Notes: a model not told the origin generated them from the sequence alone. Shown: positions 1 to 12,120, counted from the stretch's first letter. The stretch: 64,000 nt of DNA from Eledone cirrhosa (GCA_964016885.1 OZ024741.1:217124001-217188000), one strand, 5' to 3'. A program made the numbers and translations.

Positions 1-83
1 ATAATATACGGCTCAGAAATATCTCTTTCTTAGAGCTATTTTGTTGTAAGAGACTATTTTGAGTTCCTAACTCAATATATACA

Positions 84-120
<37 letters not shown>

Positions 121-124
<4 letters not shown>

Positions 125-312
125 AACAAGTATGACCCCGACGGCAGAGCTCAAGCCGTTTCGACGGCTCATTCTAGTCCAGAATTAGCCGTCGTAACGG
201 CTTGAGCTCTGCCGTCGGGGTCATACTTGTTCCTATTACCCACTCTACTACCCTAAGTATTGTGTACTTTGGTGCGTTATGGCCCATCTGGTTCCTTACC
301 ACATTTCCTTCG

Positions 313-314
<2 letters not shown>
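121..314. mobile_element. Short foldback element family A (inverted arms + tail) between (TA)n tracts; carries the 3' half of a hammerhead
   Basis: Arms taggaacaagtatgaccccgacggcagagctcaagccgtt and its reverse complement ending at 235, then an ~80 nt tail. Related copies at 11095-11295, 11887-12100 and, diverged, ~58660-58757. Confidence 0.75.
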
Positions 315-389
<75 letters not shown>

Positions 390-1094
390 CATATTATATA
401 TCATCATCACCGTTTAAACTCCATTTTTCCACGCTAGCATGGATTAGATGAGTTGTCCTGTTGTGAGTTAGGCCAGATCAGGTGACCATGTTTTGCTCAT
501 GCAGAAACTGATTTTGGCTTAGTTTCTACAGCTTGATGCCCTTCCTAATGCCAACCTCATTTACAGTGTGTGCTGGGTATATATATATATATAGCAAGGG
601 TACATTTTGAACTCAGATTTTGATATATTGATCTCGGGTTTCTAAACTAAACATAGTCATTATTGAACAATATTTAATTTCTCATATTATATATCTATCT
701 CCCATTCATGAATATTGATACTTATATTTTTATTATTCATTTCATATAAATTGTTAACTCAACTTAATATGACATGACGTAAAGTGTTCATTGTCCCCCC
801 CCCCTCTCTCTCTATATATAGTATTTCTCTCTCTTGAGTTTTTCTCTCTGTATGATGACTTGATATCTCTCTGTTGCTTTCCTTTGTTTTTTCTTATTTC
901 TTCCTTTTCTTTCTTTTTTATTTTTTATTTTTTATTTCCTCCTATCTTTATTTATCTCTTTCTTTTCTCCATACATCTCTCTCTCTCCGATATTTCTCCA
1001 GGTTTTCTTTCTTTCTCTCTCTCCGTCTTTGTTCTTTTCTCTCTCTCCGTCTTTTTTTCTTTTTCTTTATCTCCGTCTTTTTCTAATTGTGCTT

Positions 1095-1405
1095 AACACT
1101 ATGACTTATTAAAACAATATAAACAATTCACTATCCAGACAGCCTCCAAAAGTAATGGTTGTATTTTAAAAGGATACGTCAAAGCTATTTGTAAAACTGT
1201 TATATATTGTATTTTGTCTGATGAAGGCATACCATAATTTAATATGGTATCCCTGAAATATGTATAATGAAATAAATATGGTTTTATAAATATAGTTTCC
1301 ATTTATTAATATTGTATATCTACTCCAAAAACTTGTCGAGTGCTTTATATCAGTTATAAAAATATTTACTTGTTGTATCCCAACAACTTTAAATAGAACT
1401 TTTGC
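1095..1405 (+). mobile_element. Family B hammerhead-bearing short element (non-inverted copy)
   Basis: Homologous to 10626-11000 and 42872-43210; ends at (TA)n. Confidence 0.7.
1210..1274 (+). ncRNA. Type I hammerhead ribozyme motif
   Basis: Stem I TATTTTGT/ATGAAATA (8 bp with GU); core CTGATGA at 1218; stem II AGG-C-ATACCATA/TATGGTAT-C-CCT; GAAA at 1255; near-palindromic stem III ATATGTAT; UA cleavage site. Confidence 0.75.
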
Positions 1406-1448
1406 ATATATATATATATATATTTCGTTTCTGACCCTCCCAAAGTAT

Positions 1449-1481
<33 letters not shown>

Positions 1482-1484
<3 letters not shown>

Positions 1485-4400
1485 TCATCATCATCATCAT
1501 CATCGTTTAACGTCTATCTTCCACGCTAGCATGGGTTTAGACGGGAATTGTCCCACTTGAGGCAAGATTGGTCGTCTTGCTCGTATGGGACTGTCTGGCA
1601 GGTTTTCTACGGCTGGATGCCCTTCCTAACACCAACCACGTTTACAGCGTGGACTGGGAGGTTTTTACCGTGTTACCTACACAGCCACATTACAGCGTGG
1701 ACTGTGTGTGTTTTTGTCGTGACACCTACACGACCTCATTTATTTAGAACTGGATGTTGTGGTACCAACATAACTTTACAGAGAAAGGGGTGGTGTTGAT
1801 GGGGTGGGGGAGTTGGGGGAGTGGGAGAGGGTGTATATTTGATTAAGAGGTGCCTACTGACTCTAGGTTTCGCTTTGTACTTAGGCAAGGCGGGTTTTCT
1901 GTATTACTGCGTGGCGCCAAAGATCTCGGTCCAGTGACATTGTCTTAGAGAGCTGTAAGTGTATAAGGTCGGAATTTATCAAATCGTCGCAGGTTTTTCT
2001 GGGTCTGTCTACTCCGTAACTTCCGTCAATTTTGATTGCCCTGCACTTTTTTTATACAGCTGTCGCCTTTCATGCGCATCACGTGACCATACCAATGTAG
2101 TCTTCTCTCGAGTAAACAGCATCTGATCCCTCTTATACCTAATTTCTCACTTAGTTCATTTATGCTTTGCTGTTCACGTATATTACTATTACACATCCAG
2201 CGGAGCATGCATGCTTCGTTGCTCTCCAATCTGCGCAGATCCTCTGTACACAATGCCCATGTCTCACTGCCATGTAACATAGCTGTTCGTATGCAGGCAT
2301 CATACAGTCTGCCTTTCATTTTTAGAGAGAAACCTTTAGCGGCCAATAGTGGTATAAGCTCTTTGAACTTTTTCCATCCCGTTCTGACTCTAGCTACTGT
2401 ACTTTCAGAGCTCCCTCCACCACTGCTGATTTTGTCACCCAGATAACAGAAGGTGTCCACTATTTCTATAGAGCCATCTGGGCAATAGAAGGAGCTAGTA
2501 TCCTGTGGGGGCGCTTGCTACTTATTGCACCTGAGCATCGGCCACATATAAAATCTACGTTCTTAGATAGCTTACCTATGATCCCACTACATCTTTTATG
2601 CACCCATACTTTGCATTTGGGACATAAAATGGAATTTCTGCCTACTCCTTTCCTACACACTGAGCATGGTCATTTCCCAGAGGGGACCTGTGCCCTATTT
2701 TTTTTTCCTTTCTACAAACTAGAACTTTAGTCTTAGATCGGGTAGGGGTAGTGGATTGGGCTGTATATTTGGTTAAGAGGTGCCTACTGACTGTAGGTTT
2801 CGCTTTGTACATAGGCAAGGCGGGTCTTCTGTATTACTGCGTAGCACCAAAGATCTCGATCCAGAGAAATTGTCTTAGAGAGATGTAAGTGTGTAAGGTC
2901 GGAATTTATCAGATCATCCCAGGTTTTTCTGGGTCTACTTACCCCGTAACTACCATCAATTTTGATCGTCCTGCACTTTTTTATGCACCTCTCGTCTTTC
3001 ATGCGCATCACATGACCATACCAACGTAGTCTTCTCTCAAGTAAACAGCATCTGATCCCTCTTATTCCTAATTTCTCACTTAGTTCATTTATGCTTTGCC
3101 GTTCACGTATATTACTATTACACATCCAACGGAGCATGCATGCTTCGTTCCTTTGCAGTCTACGCAGGTCCTCTGCACGTAATGCCCATGTCTCACTGCC
3201 ATGTAGCATTGCTGTTCATGTACAGGCATCATACAACCTGCCTTTCATTTTTAGAGAGAAACCTTTTGTGGCCAACAGCGGTATAAGCTCTCTGAACTTT
3301 TTCCATCCCGTTCTGACTCTGGCTACTGTACTTTCAGAACACCCTCCATCACTGCTGATTTCGCCACCCAGGTAACGGAAAGTGTCTACTATTTCTATAG
3401 AACCATCTGGGCAATAGAAGGAGCTAGTATCCTTTGGACACTTGCTACTTATTGCACCTGAGCATTGGCCACATATAAAGTCTACGTTCTTAGATAGTTT
3501 ACCTGTGATCCCACTACATCTTTTATGTACCCATACTTTGCATTTGGGACAAAATGGAATTTCTGCCTACTCCTTTCCTACACACTGAGCATGGCCATTT
3601 CCCTGAGGGCACCTGTGCCCTATTTTCCTTTCTACAAACTAGAACTTTAGTCTTAGACAAGTTAACTTTAAGGCCTTTTGATTCTAGGCCATGCTTCCAT
3701 GTTTGGAATTTCTTCTCTAGTTCAGCCATCGATTCAGCTATGAGCGTTAGATCATCTGCATAGAGATGTTCCCATGGGCAGCCGGTCTTGAACTCCTGTT
3801 ATGGCCTGAAGGGCAATAATAAATAGGAGGGGGCTAAGGACAGAGCCCTGATGGACACCAACTTTTACGCTAAATTCTTCACTATATTCATTGTTAATTC
3901 TAACCTTGCTGACTGTTTCTTTATACATGGCTTGTATATAACTCTCACAAGCCGTTCATCAACCCCTAGTTTTCTAAGGGCCCACCAGATAATGGCGCGG
4001 GGGACTCTGTCAAAGGCTTTCTCCAAGTCAACAAAAGCTAAGTAGAGGGTTTTACTTTTAGCTAGGTACTTCTCCTGTAGTTGTCGTACAAGGAAAAGGG
4101 CGTCTGTGGTACTTTTACCTGACACAAACCAAACTGCATTTCGTCTAGATCAATTCGTTCTCTGATTAGTTGCGCTATAACTTTTTCTGTGACCTTCATG
4201 ACCTGGTCAATTAATTTAATGCCTCTATAGTTTCTTCTATCTAGAGCATCCCCTTTACCCTTGTAGCAGTTAATGGTGATGCTGCTACGCCAGTCATTTG
4301 GTATGACCCGTTCTGTATGACTTGGTTTACTATCCGTGTGACCATAGTGTGTTCCACCGTTCCAGATGCTTTCAGCATCTCAGCAACTATCTCCGAAGGC

Positions 4401-5545
4401 CCAGCTGCCTTGTCTGTCTTCATATCTTTGATTGCCTTACTTATTATACTACCTTTAACTTGCACTGCTGGTCCCTCTATTGGATCGATGTGGGGCAGAC
4501 TATCTTTGTCCCATTTATTCTCCTCATTTAGTAGCCTCTCGTAGTGACACTTCCAAGCTACCTTCTTATCAGCCTCAGTGATGGCAAGTACACCATCATC
4601 ATTACGGACACACTTCTCCCCGACAATATCACGGTTTTCCTTGACACATTGCCTAGCAATCCTGAACACCTCACGTTTTTGCTCCTTGCGTTGTAGAATA
4701 TGATTGAACTTTCTTTCATCTGCTTCCCTTCTTGCGAAGTACACTTGTCTCCTAGCTTCCCTCCTGGCCACTTGATAGTCTTCTCTACTTCCCTTATCTC
4801 GCCATACTTACCAAGCCTGCTTTTTGGCCTTGATTGACTCCTCCACCTTACTGTTCCACCACCAAGTTACTCTCCTCCTGCCTAAAGGTCTGCTCCAGTC
4901 ACAGATTTCATATGTCGCCTTCAGCAGGTTAGCTTTCAGGAATTCCCACTGTTCCTCTATATTGTACGACTCTAATTGCTCTTCCTTACTGTCAAAAGCT
5001 TCAAGTAATATGTTTTTAAATTCGTTACTGGCTGTGGGGTCCTTTAGTTTCAAAATTCTTCTCCTTAGGGTAGTCCTCCTCTGTTGTCGAGTACGTCTCG
5101 TCCTGACTATGAGGTCGCTAACTATGAGGCTATGTTGGGAGGTGCATTCTTTATGGGGGAGGGATTTAGTGTTTACAACAAACACTCTGTCACGTCTCCT
5201 GGTAAGGATATAATCTATCTGGCTGGCGTGTTCCCCTGATCTATAGCTGATCAAGTGATTGTCTCGTTTGTCAAGTTTGTGTTACAGATAGTTAGGTTAT
5301 TAGCGTCGCAGAATTCCAGGATTCTGGAGCCTTCCTCATTTCTAGTACCAGACCCATAGCCTCCATGGATTCCGTCATAGCCGTCACAATGTTGTCCAAC
5401 ATGACCATTTAGGTCGCCAGCAATAATTATGTAGTCACTGTCGGTTATTTGGGAGGTAGTGAGCATTAGCGACTCATAGAATCTGTCTTTTATAACGCCA
5501 GGCAGTCCGGATTGGGGTGCATACACGGATATTATTGTCACAGTA
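1482..5545 (-). mobile_element. RTE-clade LINE, decayed, with a tandem second 3' segment (1482-2737)
   Basis: Fragmented APE (ISVYAPQ, IIAGDLNGHVG, SQIDYIL) and RT (LAFVDLEKAFDRVP, YADDL) ORFs; C-terminal LHGSETW and RRLRWYGHV; 3' UTR and (GAT)n tail. Confidence 0.92.
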
Positions 5546-5662
5546 GTTCTATTTATTTTTTTTTTTTTCTACAGCTGGATACCCTTCCTAATGCCAATGA
5601 TATTTACAGTGTGTGCTGGGTGCTTTTTGTCATGGTACTTTCAGAAGCACTTTACAGTGTGG

Positions 5663-8217
5663 GCTGACCGGGGCGGCCGGTCGACAGCAGCATTCGTCAA
5701 GGCCAATGTTTCGTCCTTTGGGCAAACGCCCATTCCAAGCGTGTCCAGGGACGCCGCACACCCCACCCTCGGGTACCCCCAATCCTCCACCCCTGAGGCC
5801 AGCGCCAAGCGTTTGCGTGACCGTGTAAATGCTAAGCTGATGTCTCGGCCGCAGTCAGAGTGGTTGCCTCAGAGGACACTGTCCTCCAACCCACCGAGGA
5901 GGTCCTGGCTGCCTTGAGACTCAAACATCCTGAGCCAACCGCTGATCTCAAACCCATACCCCCACCCGACCCGAACTTGCTCCTTGTGGCTTCCGACGCA
6001 GACATCAAGTCTGCCACCACGTCCTTCCCAGCTAGCAGCAGCTGAGGTGCTGATGATCTCCGACCAGGCCATCTCAAGGAGTTGCTATCCCCCCTTTCCG
6101 CTGAGGCCGGGCGCCGCCTTCTGAGTGCAATTGTGGCGCTCACCAATAGGCTCATCCATGGCACCCTGGACCCTCACGCCCGAGGCCTCTTTTTTTCGGC
6201 TAGCCTCACCGCTCTCAGGAAGAAAGAGGGTGGCATACGCCCCTTCGCTGTGGGCAATGTCTTCCGGAGGCTGGCTGCCAAGGTGGTCTGCAGGTCCATA
6301 ACACCCGAACTGGGTGAGGAGTTCAGTCCGGTGCAACTGGGTGTCGGCGTGTTCGGTGGCGGGGGGGGGGGGGGCGCACATGCAACCAGGCAGTTCTTCA
6401 ACAGCTGCCCACCGGAACCAGCATCCAGAGACTCCAGGCACCTCATTGTCAAGCTTGACATGAGAAATGCCTTCAACTGCCTGCGCCGGGACCATCTACT
6501 CGATGCCTGCCTCAGCCGAGCCCCCTCTGCCTACCCGCTGGCCTACCTGTCGTATGGAGCTCCGAGCATGCTCCTTGCTGCTGATACGGTCATACCTTCG
6601 GTTACTGGGGTCCAACAGAGCGACCCTTTGGGACCCCTCCTGTTTGCCTTTGGTATAGACCACATCGCTCGGAGTATGACGGCCCCTTTCAACGTTTGGT
6701 ATCTGGGTAATGCTACGTTGGGCAGGCCCGTACAGACTGTCTGCCATGACCTACAATCGGTGGTTCCTGCCCTGGCGGGAATCGGCCTCCAGGTCAACTC
6801 GGAGGTAGTGAATGTCAGCCATGATGCTGAGAGCTTTGCGACCTCCGTCTTGGACGTGCGGTTCATTCTCCACCAGGTACAGGTGACCCCCAAAGAGGAT
6901 ATCCTCATCCTCGGGTCACCAATCCACCCGCCGACCATCCGCTCCACCATCAGGTCCAGGCTTCAACAACTCCAGACTCTCACGGGCCAACTGGGCTTGA
7001 TCGACGGCCACCCAGCTCTCTTTCTGTTAAGGAACTGCTTCGCCATGCCGAAGCTCCTCTATACCCTTCGCAGCGCTCCGTGCTACACCCACACATCTCT
7101 CCTCGCTGACCTCGATACTTGTATCCGAGCAGCAGCCGAGGAGATATGCAACGTCAAGTTTGACGACATTGGATGGCAACATGCCACTTTACCTGTCAGG
7201 TATGGCAGCCTTGGCCTCAAGTCCCTGATCTCACTGGCTTTGCCGGCGTATCTTTCGTCGGTAACCGCGTGCTGCGTCCTCGTCAGCAGGGTTCTTCAAA
7301 ACACAATAGAACCCTCTGTGTTCAGAGAACGTGAGGCCGCCTGTGAGACGTGGGACCGGCTGGGACTTAGCCCAGTAGACGTCCCTCCTCCTTCTCCCCC
7401 TGTTGACGTCGTCCCCCAAAGCACTTGGGATGCCATCCAGTGCAGCCTGACCTCAGACAGGCTCACGCGCAAGATCGACCAGCACCGCCTTGACTACTTT
7501 CGTGTGGCCGCCAAACCCCACAGTGGTGTCTGGCTCCATGCCCTGCCCTCCTTCTCCACCGGCACGCAGCTAGACAACAATAGCCTGTGCATCGGCGTTT
7601 CCTTGAGGGTCGGCCTCTGGATCTGCAAGCCACACCAATGTCGCTGCAGATCCACTGTGGACTCCTTCAGCCTCCACCCGCTTTTCTGTCGCCAGTGTTG
7701 GCTGCCTTCCATGCCATGCTGCCCTCAAAAAGTCATAAAGCATGGTTTGGACGCTGTGGGCTTCCCTTCCCAGCTCGAGCCGGTGGGGCTGGACCGAGGG
7801 GATGACAAAAAGCCAGATGGCATGACCATCTTCCCGTTCCGCAGTGGCAAACCCCTCGTCTGGGATGCCACTTGCACCGACACTTTCTGCAGCCGCAATG
7901 TGGTGCAGTCTGCGACTAACCCAGGTTCTGCTGCATGTCGGGCTGAGGAGGCCAAGCTCCTCAAATACCGGTCACTCTCTGACAGGTTTGCGGTTGTAGC
8001 CTTGTCAGTGGAGACTTCTGGTGTCCTCGGCCCTAGGGCTATCTCCCTACTCACCACCATAGGCGCTGAGCTGGCCAGCCGCAGGTGTGAACCCCGCGAG
8101 TTGGAGTGGCTTTTCCAGTGTGTATCCCTTGCCGTCCTCCGTGGGAACGCCTTCTCCATCCTGTCCACTGGGACTGGGGGGGGGGGGGGGGGGCATCGTG
8201 CAACATTCCATATTTAG
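5663..8217 (+). mobile_element. GC-rich RT + restriction-like endonuclease non-LTR retrotransposon (CRE-like), 5'-truncated and decayed
   Basis: 711-aa ORF 6082-8217: GIRPFAVG, QLGVG, KLDMRNAFN, GVQQSDPLGPLLF, YLGN (degenerate YLDD), Cys/His knuckle CKPHQCRC...HPLFC, and KPDG...WDATCTD...AEEAKLLKY (PD..D..K RLE). The same frame continues upstream through a TGA at 6043. Confidence 0.85.
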
Positions 8218-8273
8218 GTTTCCCCCTAGTTACTGAAAGCTTCTAAAATGATATTGTGTGTGTGTGTGTGTTT

Positions 8274-8323
8274 TCTTGTCTGATGACCGTGTGACAAGCT
8301 GGTGAAACTCCAGAGTAACAAGA
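8274..8323 (+). ncRNA. Type I hammerhead ribozyme motif 3' of the CRE-like ORF
   Basis: Stem I TCTTGT/ACAAGA (6 bp); CTGATGA at 8280; stem II CCG...TGG; GAAA at 8304; stem III ACTC/GAGT with a 2-nt loop; GUA cleavage triplet. Confidence 0.75.
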
Positions 8324-8965
8324 TTCACTATTTAGCCTTATTAAAATGAATATTTAAACTCTATTTCAGTATTAAGTACTCTTCTCTCTTGGCCGTCAAC
8401 TACATATATATAATATATATATATATATATATACACATATATATTTATATATACACATATATTAAGTGATCATGTAGGTATCACAACAAAAAGCACCACA
8501 CTGTAAATTGGTCGTGTAGGTGTCATAAGAAAAAGTACCCAGTTCACACTGTAAAGTGGTCATGTAGGAGTCACAAGAAAAAGTACCCAGTACAAACTGC
8601 AAAAGAAGTTGGTGTTAGGTAGGGCATCCAGCCGTAGAAACCAAGCCAAAATCAGTCCAGTGTGAGTTGGAGACAGTCATCTGTTCTGGTTTACCTCACA
8701 TCTGGACAACTCATCTAACCCATGCTAGTCTAGAAAAATGGACATTAAACCCTGATGATGATGATGATGATATATATATGAAATTTGAAATATTAAAATC
8801 CAAATAAAGATCACTATAAATAATAATAATGTTAGAATTTACAGCGATTCTGTATTTGGTCTTCAATGTTTCCAATTTTATCACTTTAGTTAGCAACCCA
8901 GCCAAAACAAGCTCTGGTTTTATGAAATAAAATCACCCATTTTACAGGTTTCCAGTTTAAATTAA

Positions 8966-9183
8966 CCCTTTAGCATTTACACTACTCTATATTTACTAAT
9001 GTAGTTTTGTGGTAAATCTTTATCTTACATAATTATCTCATATAATTGAATCTACGAGATTTTGATGTTATTTATTTTGAGAACAATACCTTAATATAAG
9101 TATGAATGGCCAATTATGGCTGGTTTGAACAGAAAGAGGTGAGAGAATTCTGGCCAGATACGGCTGGTTTAAATGCTAAAGGG
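8966..9183. mobile_element. piggyBac-type MITE with TTAA target duplication
   Basis: TTAA-CCCTTTAGCATTTA...TAAATGCTAAAGGG-TTAA. Other copies at 38176-38396 and ~29219-29598 (the latter interrupted by a SINE). Confidence 0.75.
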
Positions 9184-9582
9184 TTAAAATCTTCCAATAT
9201 AATTTTATAAAAGAACCTTACATTAAGTTACTGTCTTAGTAATGAAAAAATTAATAATTTTAGTAAATCCCTCTAAATTCTTTGTTAATTAATTAAAATA
9301 GTGTGTATTTCATTAAAAATGTGGTCATGAAAGGGTTAAATCATTCAAACGTTTCAATAAATCACGAGATATTAATATAAAAGATCTTTTACCAAATAAT
9401 TCATTTTATTTTCTTAAACATACAAGGTGGTGTCGTAGTATGGTTACAGTAAATGACTGATACCATTAACAGATTAAAAGAGTTTGTTTTAAATTAACAA
9501 CAACTATATATATATATAGTAGAATAATCGAGTATCGAAACATCGGCGCACGAGTTCACAATAAACAAAATTCGACATATAT

Positions 9583-9619
<37 letters not shown>

Positions 9620-9860
9620 GGGAGTGTAACTTGGAGTTACTGCAGGTTCACCCGGGTGAGCACTCGATGTTTAGGTTCACTTCTGTGTTGAGGTGTAGAG
9701 CTATACAGAGTGTATTATATTGAAAGGATAACAAGGACGATTGGTTACTCCTTCATTATATTTATTGGTCGAACTTTCAGCTGATCAGTGGTGAAACACG
9801 CGTCACCTACCAATAAATGTAATGAAGGAGTAACCAATTATCCTTGTTATCCTTTCAATA
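9620..9860. mobile_element. Foldback element family C between (TA)n tracts
   Basis: ~55-bp inverted arms tatattgaaaggataacaagg...tttattggt; centre contains CTGATCA-GTGGT-GAAAC-ACGCGTC. Homologous to 23968-24065 plus 28156-28415. Confidence 0.7.
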
Positions 9861-9890
9861 TATATATATATATATATATATAGTATATAT

Positions 9891-10353
9891 ACGGGATAAC
9901 AGATTATTGTTATAGGTAGTCCACTTAGGTGTAGTCCAGTTAGGGTACTCCGTGTAGTGAATTGTATCAACGCTTGGCTAAGTTTGACTCAACAAGGCGT
10001 TTCCATAGTGATGCTGCGAGTACGCGGTGATTCCTATGTTGTTTACACTTGGAGTAATGATAAATCAAGAAAGAAGAGTGACACGGTTTGCTATACAAAA
10101 AAGGTTTTTAATCACTTTGCTGACAATTGTTTCTCTGAACTGGTAGGTCTAGAGATCGCTTCCCGCCTGTTTCTGCGTCATTCGATCAGAGCTAGCTCTG
10201 ATGAATTGACTGGTTACAACTATGTATTGGTGATCGATTGACGTGAAAACAGGCGGGAAGCGATCTCTAGACCTACCAGTTCAGAGAAACAATTGTCAGC
10301 AAAGTGATTAAAAACCTTTTTTGTATAGCAAACCGTGTCACACTTCTTTCTTG

Positions 10354-10359
<6 letters not shown>
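9891..10359. mobile_element. Foldback element family D between (TA)n tracts
   Basis: ~110-bp near-perfect inverted arms 10060-10171 / 10247-10359, plus a ~170-nt single-copy tail. Confidence 0.7.
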
Positions 10360-10426
<67 letters not shown>

Positions 10427-10427
10427 T

Positions 10428-10461
<34 letters not shown>

Positions 10462-10625
10462 TATAGGTGATTCAGTGATTTACTGTGAAAAGTTCATAAC
10501 AGATCGATAATCAATAAAAAAAATGTAAATGATACTTCATCGTTTTTTTTATATATATGTGTGTGTGTATAATAACTATTAACTATGTATGTGTGTGCAT
10601 GTATAATAAATACATATATATATAT

Positions 10626-11000
10626 AAGCAAAGGGATATTTAATTTGTTGGTAATTCAACAAATTTTATATATTTATAACTGATTCGTAGCACTCAACAA
10701 GTTTTCTGGAGTACAATATCAATGATATTAATAAATGGAAACCATATTTATTCTATTATATATATTTCAAGGGTACCAAAACTTTGGTACGCTCTCATCA
10801 GATATAATACAAAGTTTGTTTTATAAATATTGACATATCCAGGAAGGTTAAGATCTCCTTCCTGGATATGTCAATATTTATAAAACAAACTTTGTATTAT
10901 ATCTGATGAGAGCGTACCAAAGTTTTGGTACCCTTGAAATATATATAATAGAATAAATATGGTTTTATAAATATAGTTTCCATTTATTTAATATCATTCA
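10626..11000. mobile_element. Family B foldback element with two mirror-image hammerheads (10749-10809 minus, 10895-10955 plus)
   Basis: ~105-bp inverted arms 10742-10847 / 10857-10962; TATTATAT-CTGATGA-GAGCGTACCAAAGTTTTGGTACCCTT-GAAATATATATA-ATAGAATA. Confidence 0.78.
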
Positions 11001-11063
11001 TATATATATATATTTATAAATTATATATAACTAGATAAAAAAGTGTGTGTGTTTGTGTATAAC

Positions 11064-11096
<33 letters not shown>

Positions 11097-11429
11097 GGAG
11101 AAAGTATGACCCCGACGGCAGAGCTCAAGCCGTTTCGACAGCTATTTTTGGACTGACGGCTATTTCTGGACTACGAAACGGCTTGAGCTCTGCCGTCGGG
11201 GTCATACTTTCTCCTATTACCCACTCTACTACCCTAAGTATTGAGTACTCTGGTGCCTTATGATCCATCTGGTTCCTTACCACAACTCCTTCGTTATATA
11301 TATATATTCGTTTTTTTACTACAGACTGCTTTTTTTATTTTCTCTATCTATCCTTTGTGATCCTGTCTCTATTTTTGTACTCCTGAAGAAGGGCTAAAGC
11401 CTGACACGTCCAACTTTCTTTCCCCTTTT

Positions 11430-11765
11430 CCATATCATCATCATCATTTTACGTCCGCTTTTCCCTGCTTGCAAGGGTGGGACGGGAACTGATTCTGGTT
11501 TGATTTCTACAGCTGGATGCCCTTCCTAACACCAACCTCATTTACAGTGAGTGCTGGGTGATTTTTTGCCGTGGCACCTCCACGACCACTTTGCAGTGGA
11601 ATGATGGGGATCCCAGTCCCTATCATCTCATTTCTACAGCTGAGTAAACTGGAGCAATGTGAAATAAAGTGTCTTGCTCAAGGAAACAACACATCACCCG
11701 GTCTGAGGATTGAACTCACAACCTTTCGATTGCAAAGCCAATGCTCTAACCACTAAGACATGAAA
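11430..11765 (-). mobile_element. tRNA-derived SINE (family 1) with RTE-type 3' tail
   Basis: A-box TGGCTTAGTGGT-like and B-box GAGTTCAAT-like head; tail gttggtgttaggaagggcatccagctgtagaaa...(GAT)n shared with the RTE 3' UTR. Other copies at 23598-23940 and 28443-28780 (+). Confidence 0.8.
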
Positions 11766-11848
11766 TAAGGTTTCCTTGAACTATATATTCATTTCATTTC
11801 ATTTCCAATTTTCCCTGCTTGCAAGGGTGGGACGGGAACTGATTCTGG

Positions 11849-11890
<42 letters not shown>

Positions 11891-12120
11891 AACGAGTAGG
11901 ACCCCGACGGCTGAGCTCAAGCCGTTTCAACAGCTAATTCTGGACTGAATTAGCCGTCATTAGTCCAGAATTAGCCGTCGAAACGGCTTGAGCTCAGCCG
12001 TCGGGGTCCTACTCGTTCCTATTACCCACTCTTCTACCTTAAGTATTGAGTACTTTGGTGCGTTATGGTCCACCTGGTTCCTTACCACATTTCCTTTGTT
12101 ATATATATATATATATATAT

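Noticed and set aside
174-451. ORFs with [10 protein letters not shown] or HTHT runs here and throughout the window
   Set aside because: They are translations of TA, TG and CA microsatellites, not proteins.
6043-6045. In-frame TGA as selenocysteine or programmed readthrough in the CRE-like ORF
   Set aside because: The position corresponds to a likely Gly codon (GGA>TGA), and the element has other disabling changes (YLGN, upstream frameshift).
8752-8770. CTGATGA as a hammerhead core
   Set aside because: Part of the (GAT)n RTE tail; no stem II, stem I or stem III support.
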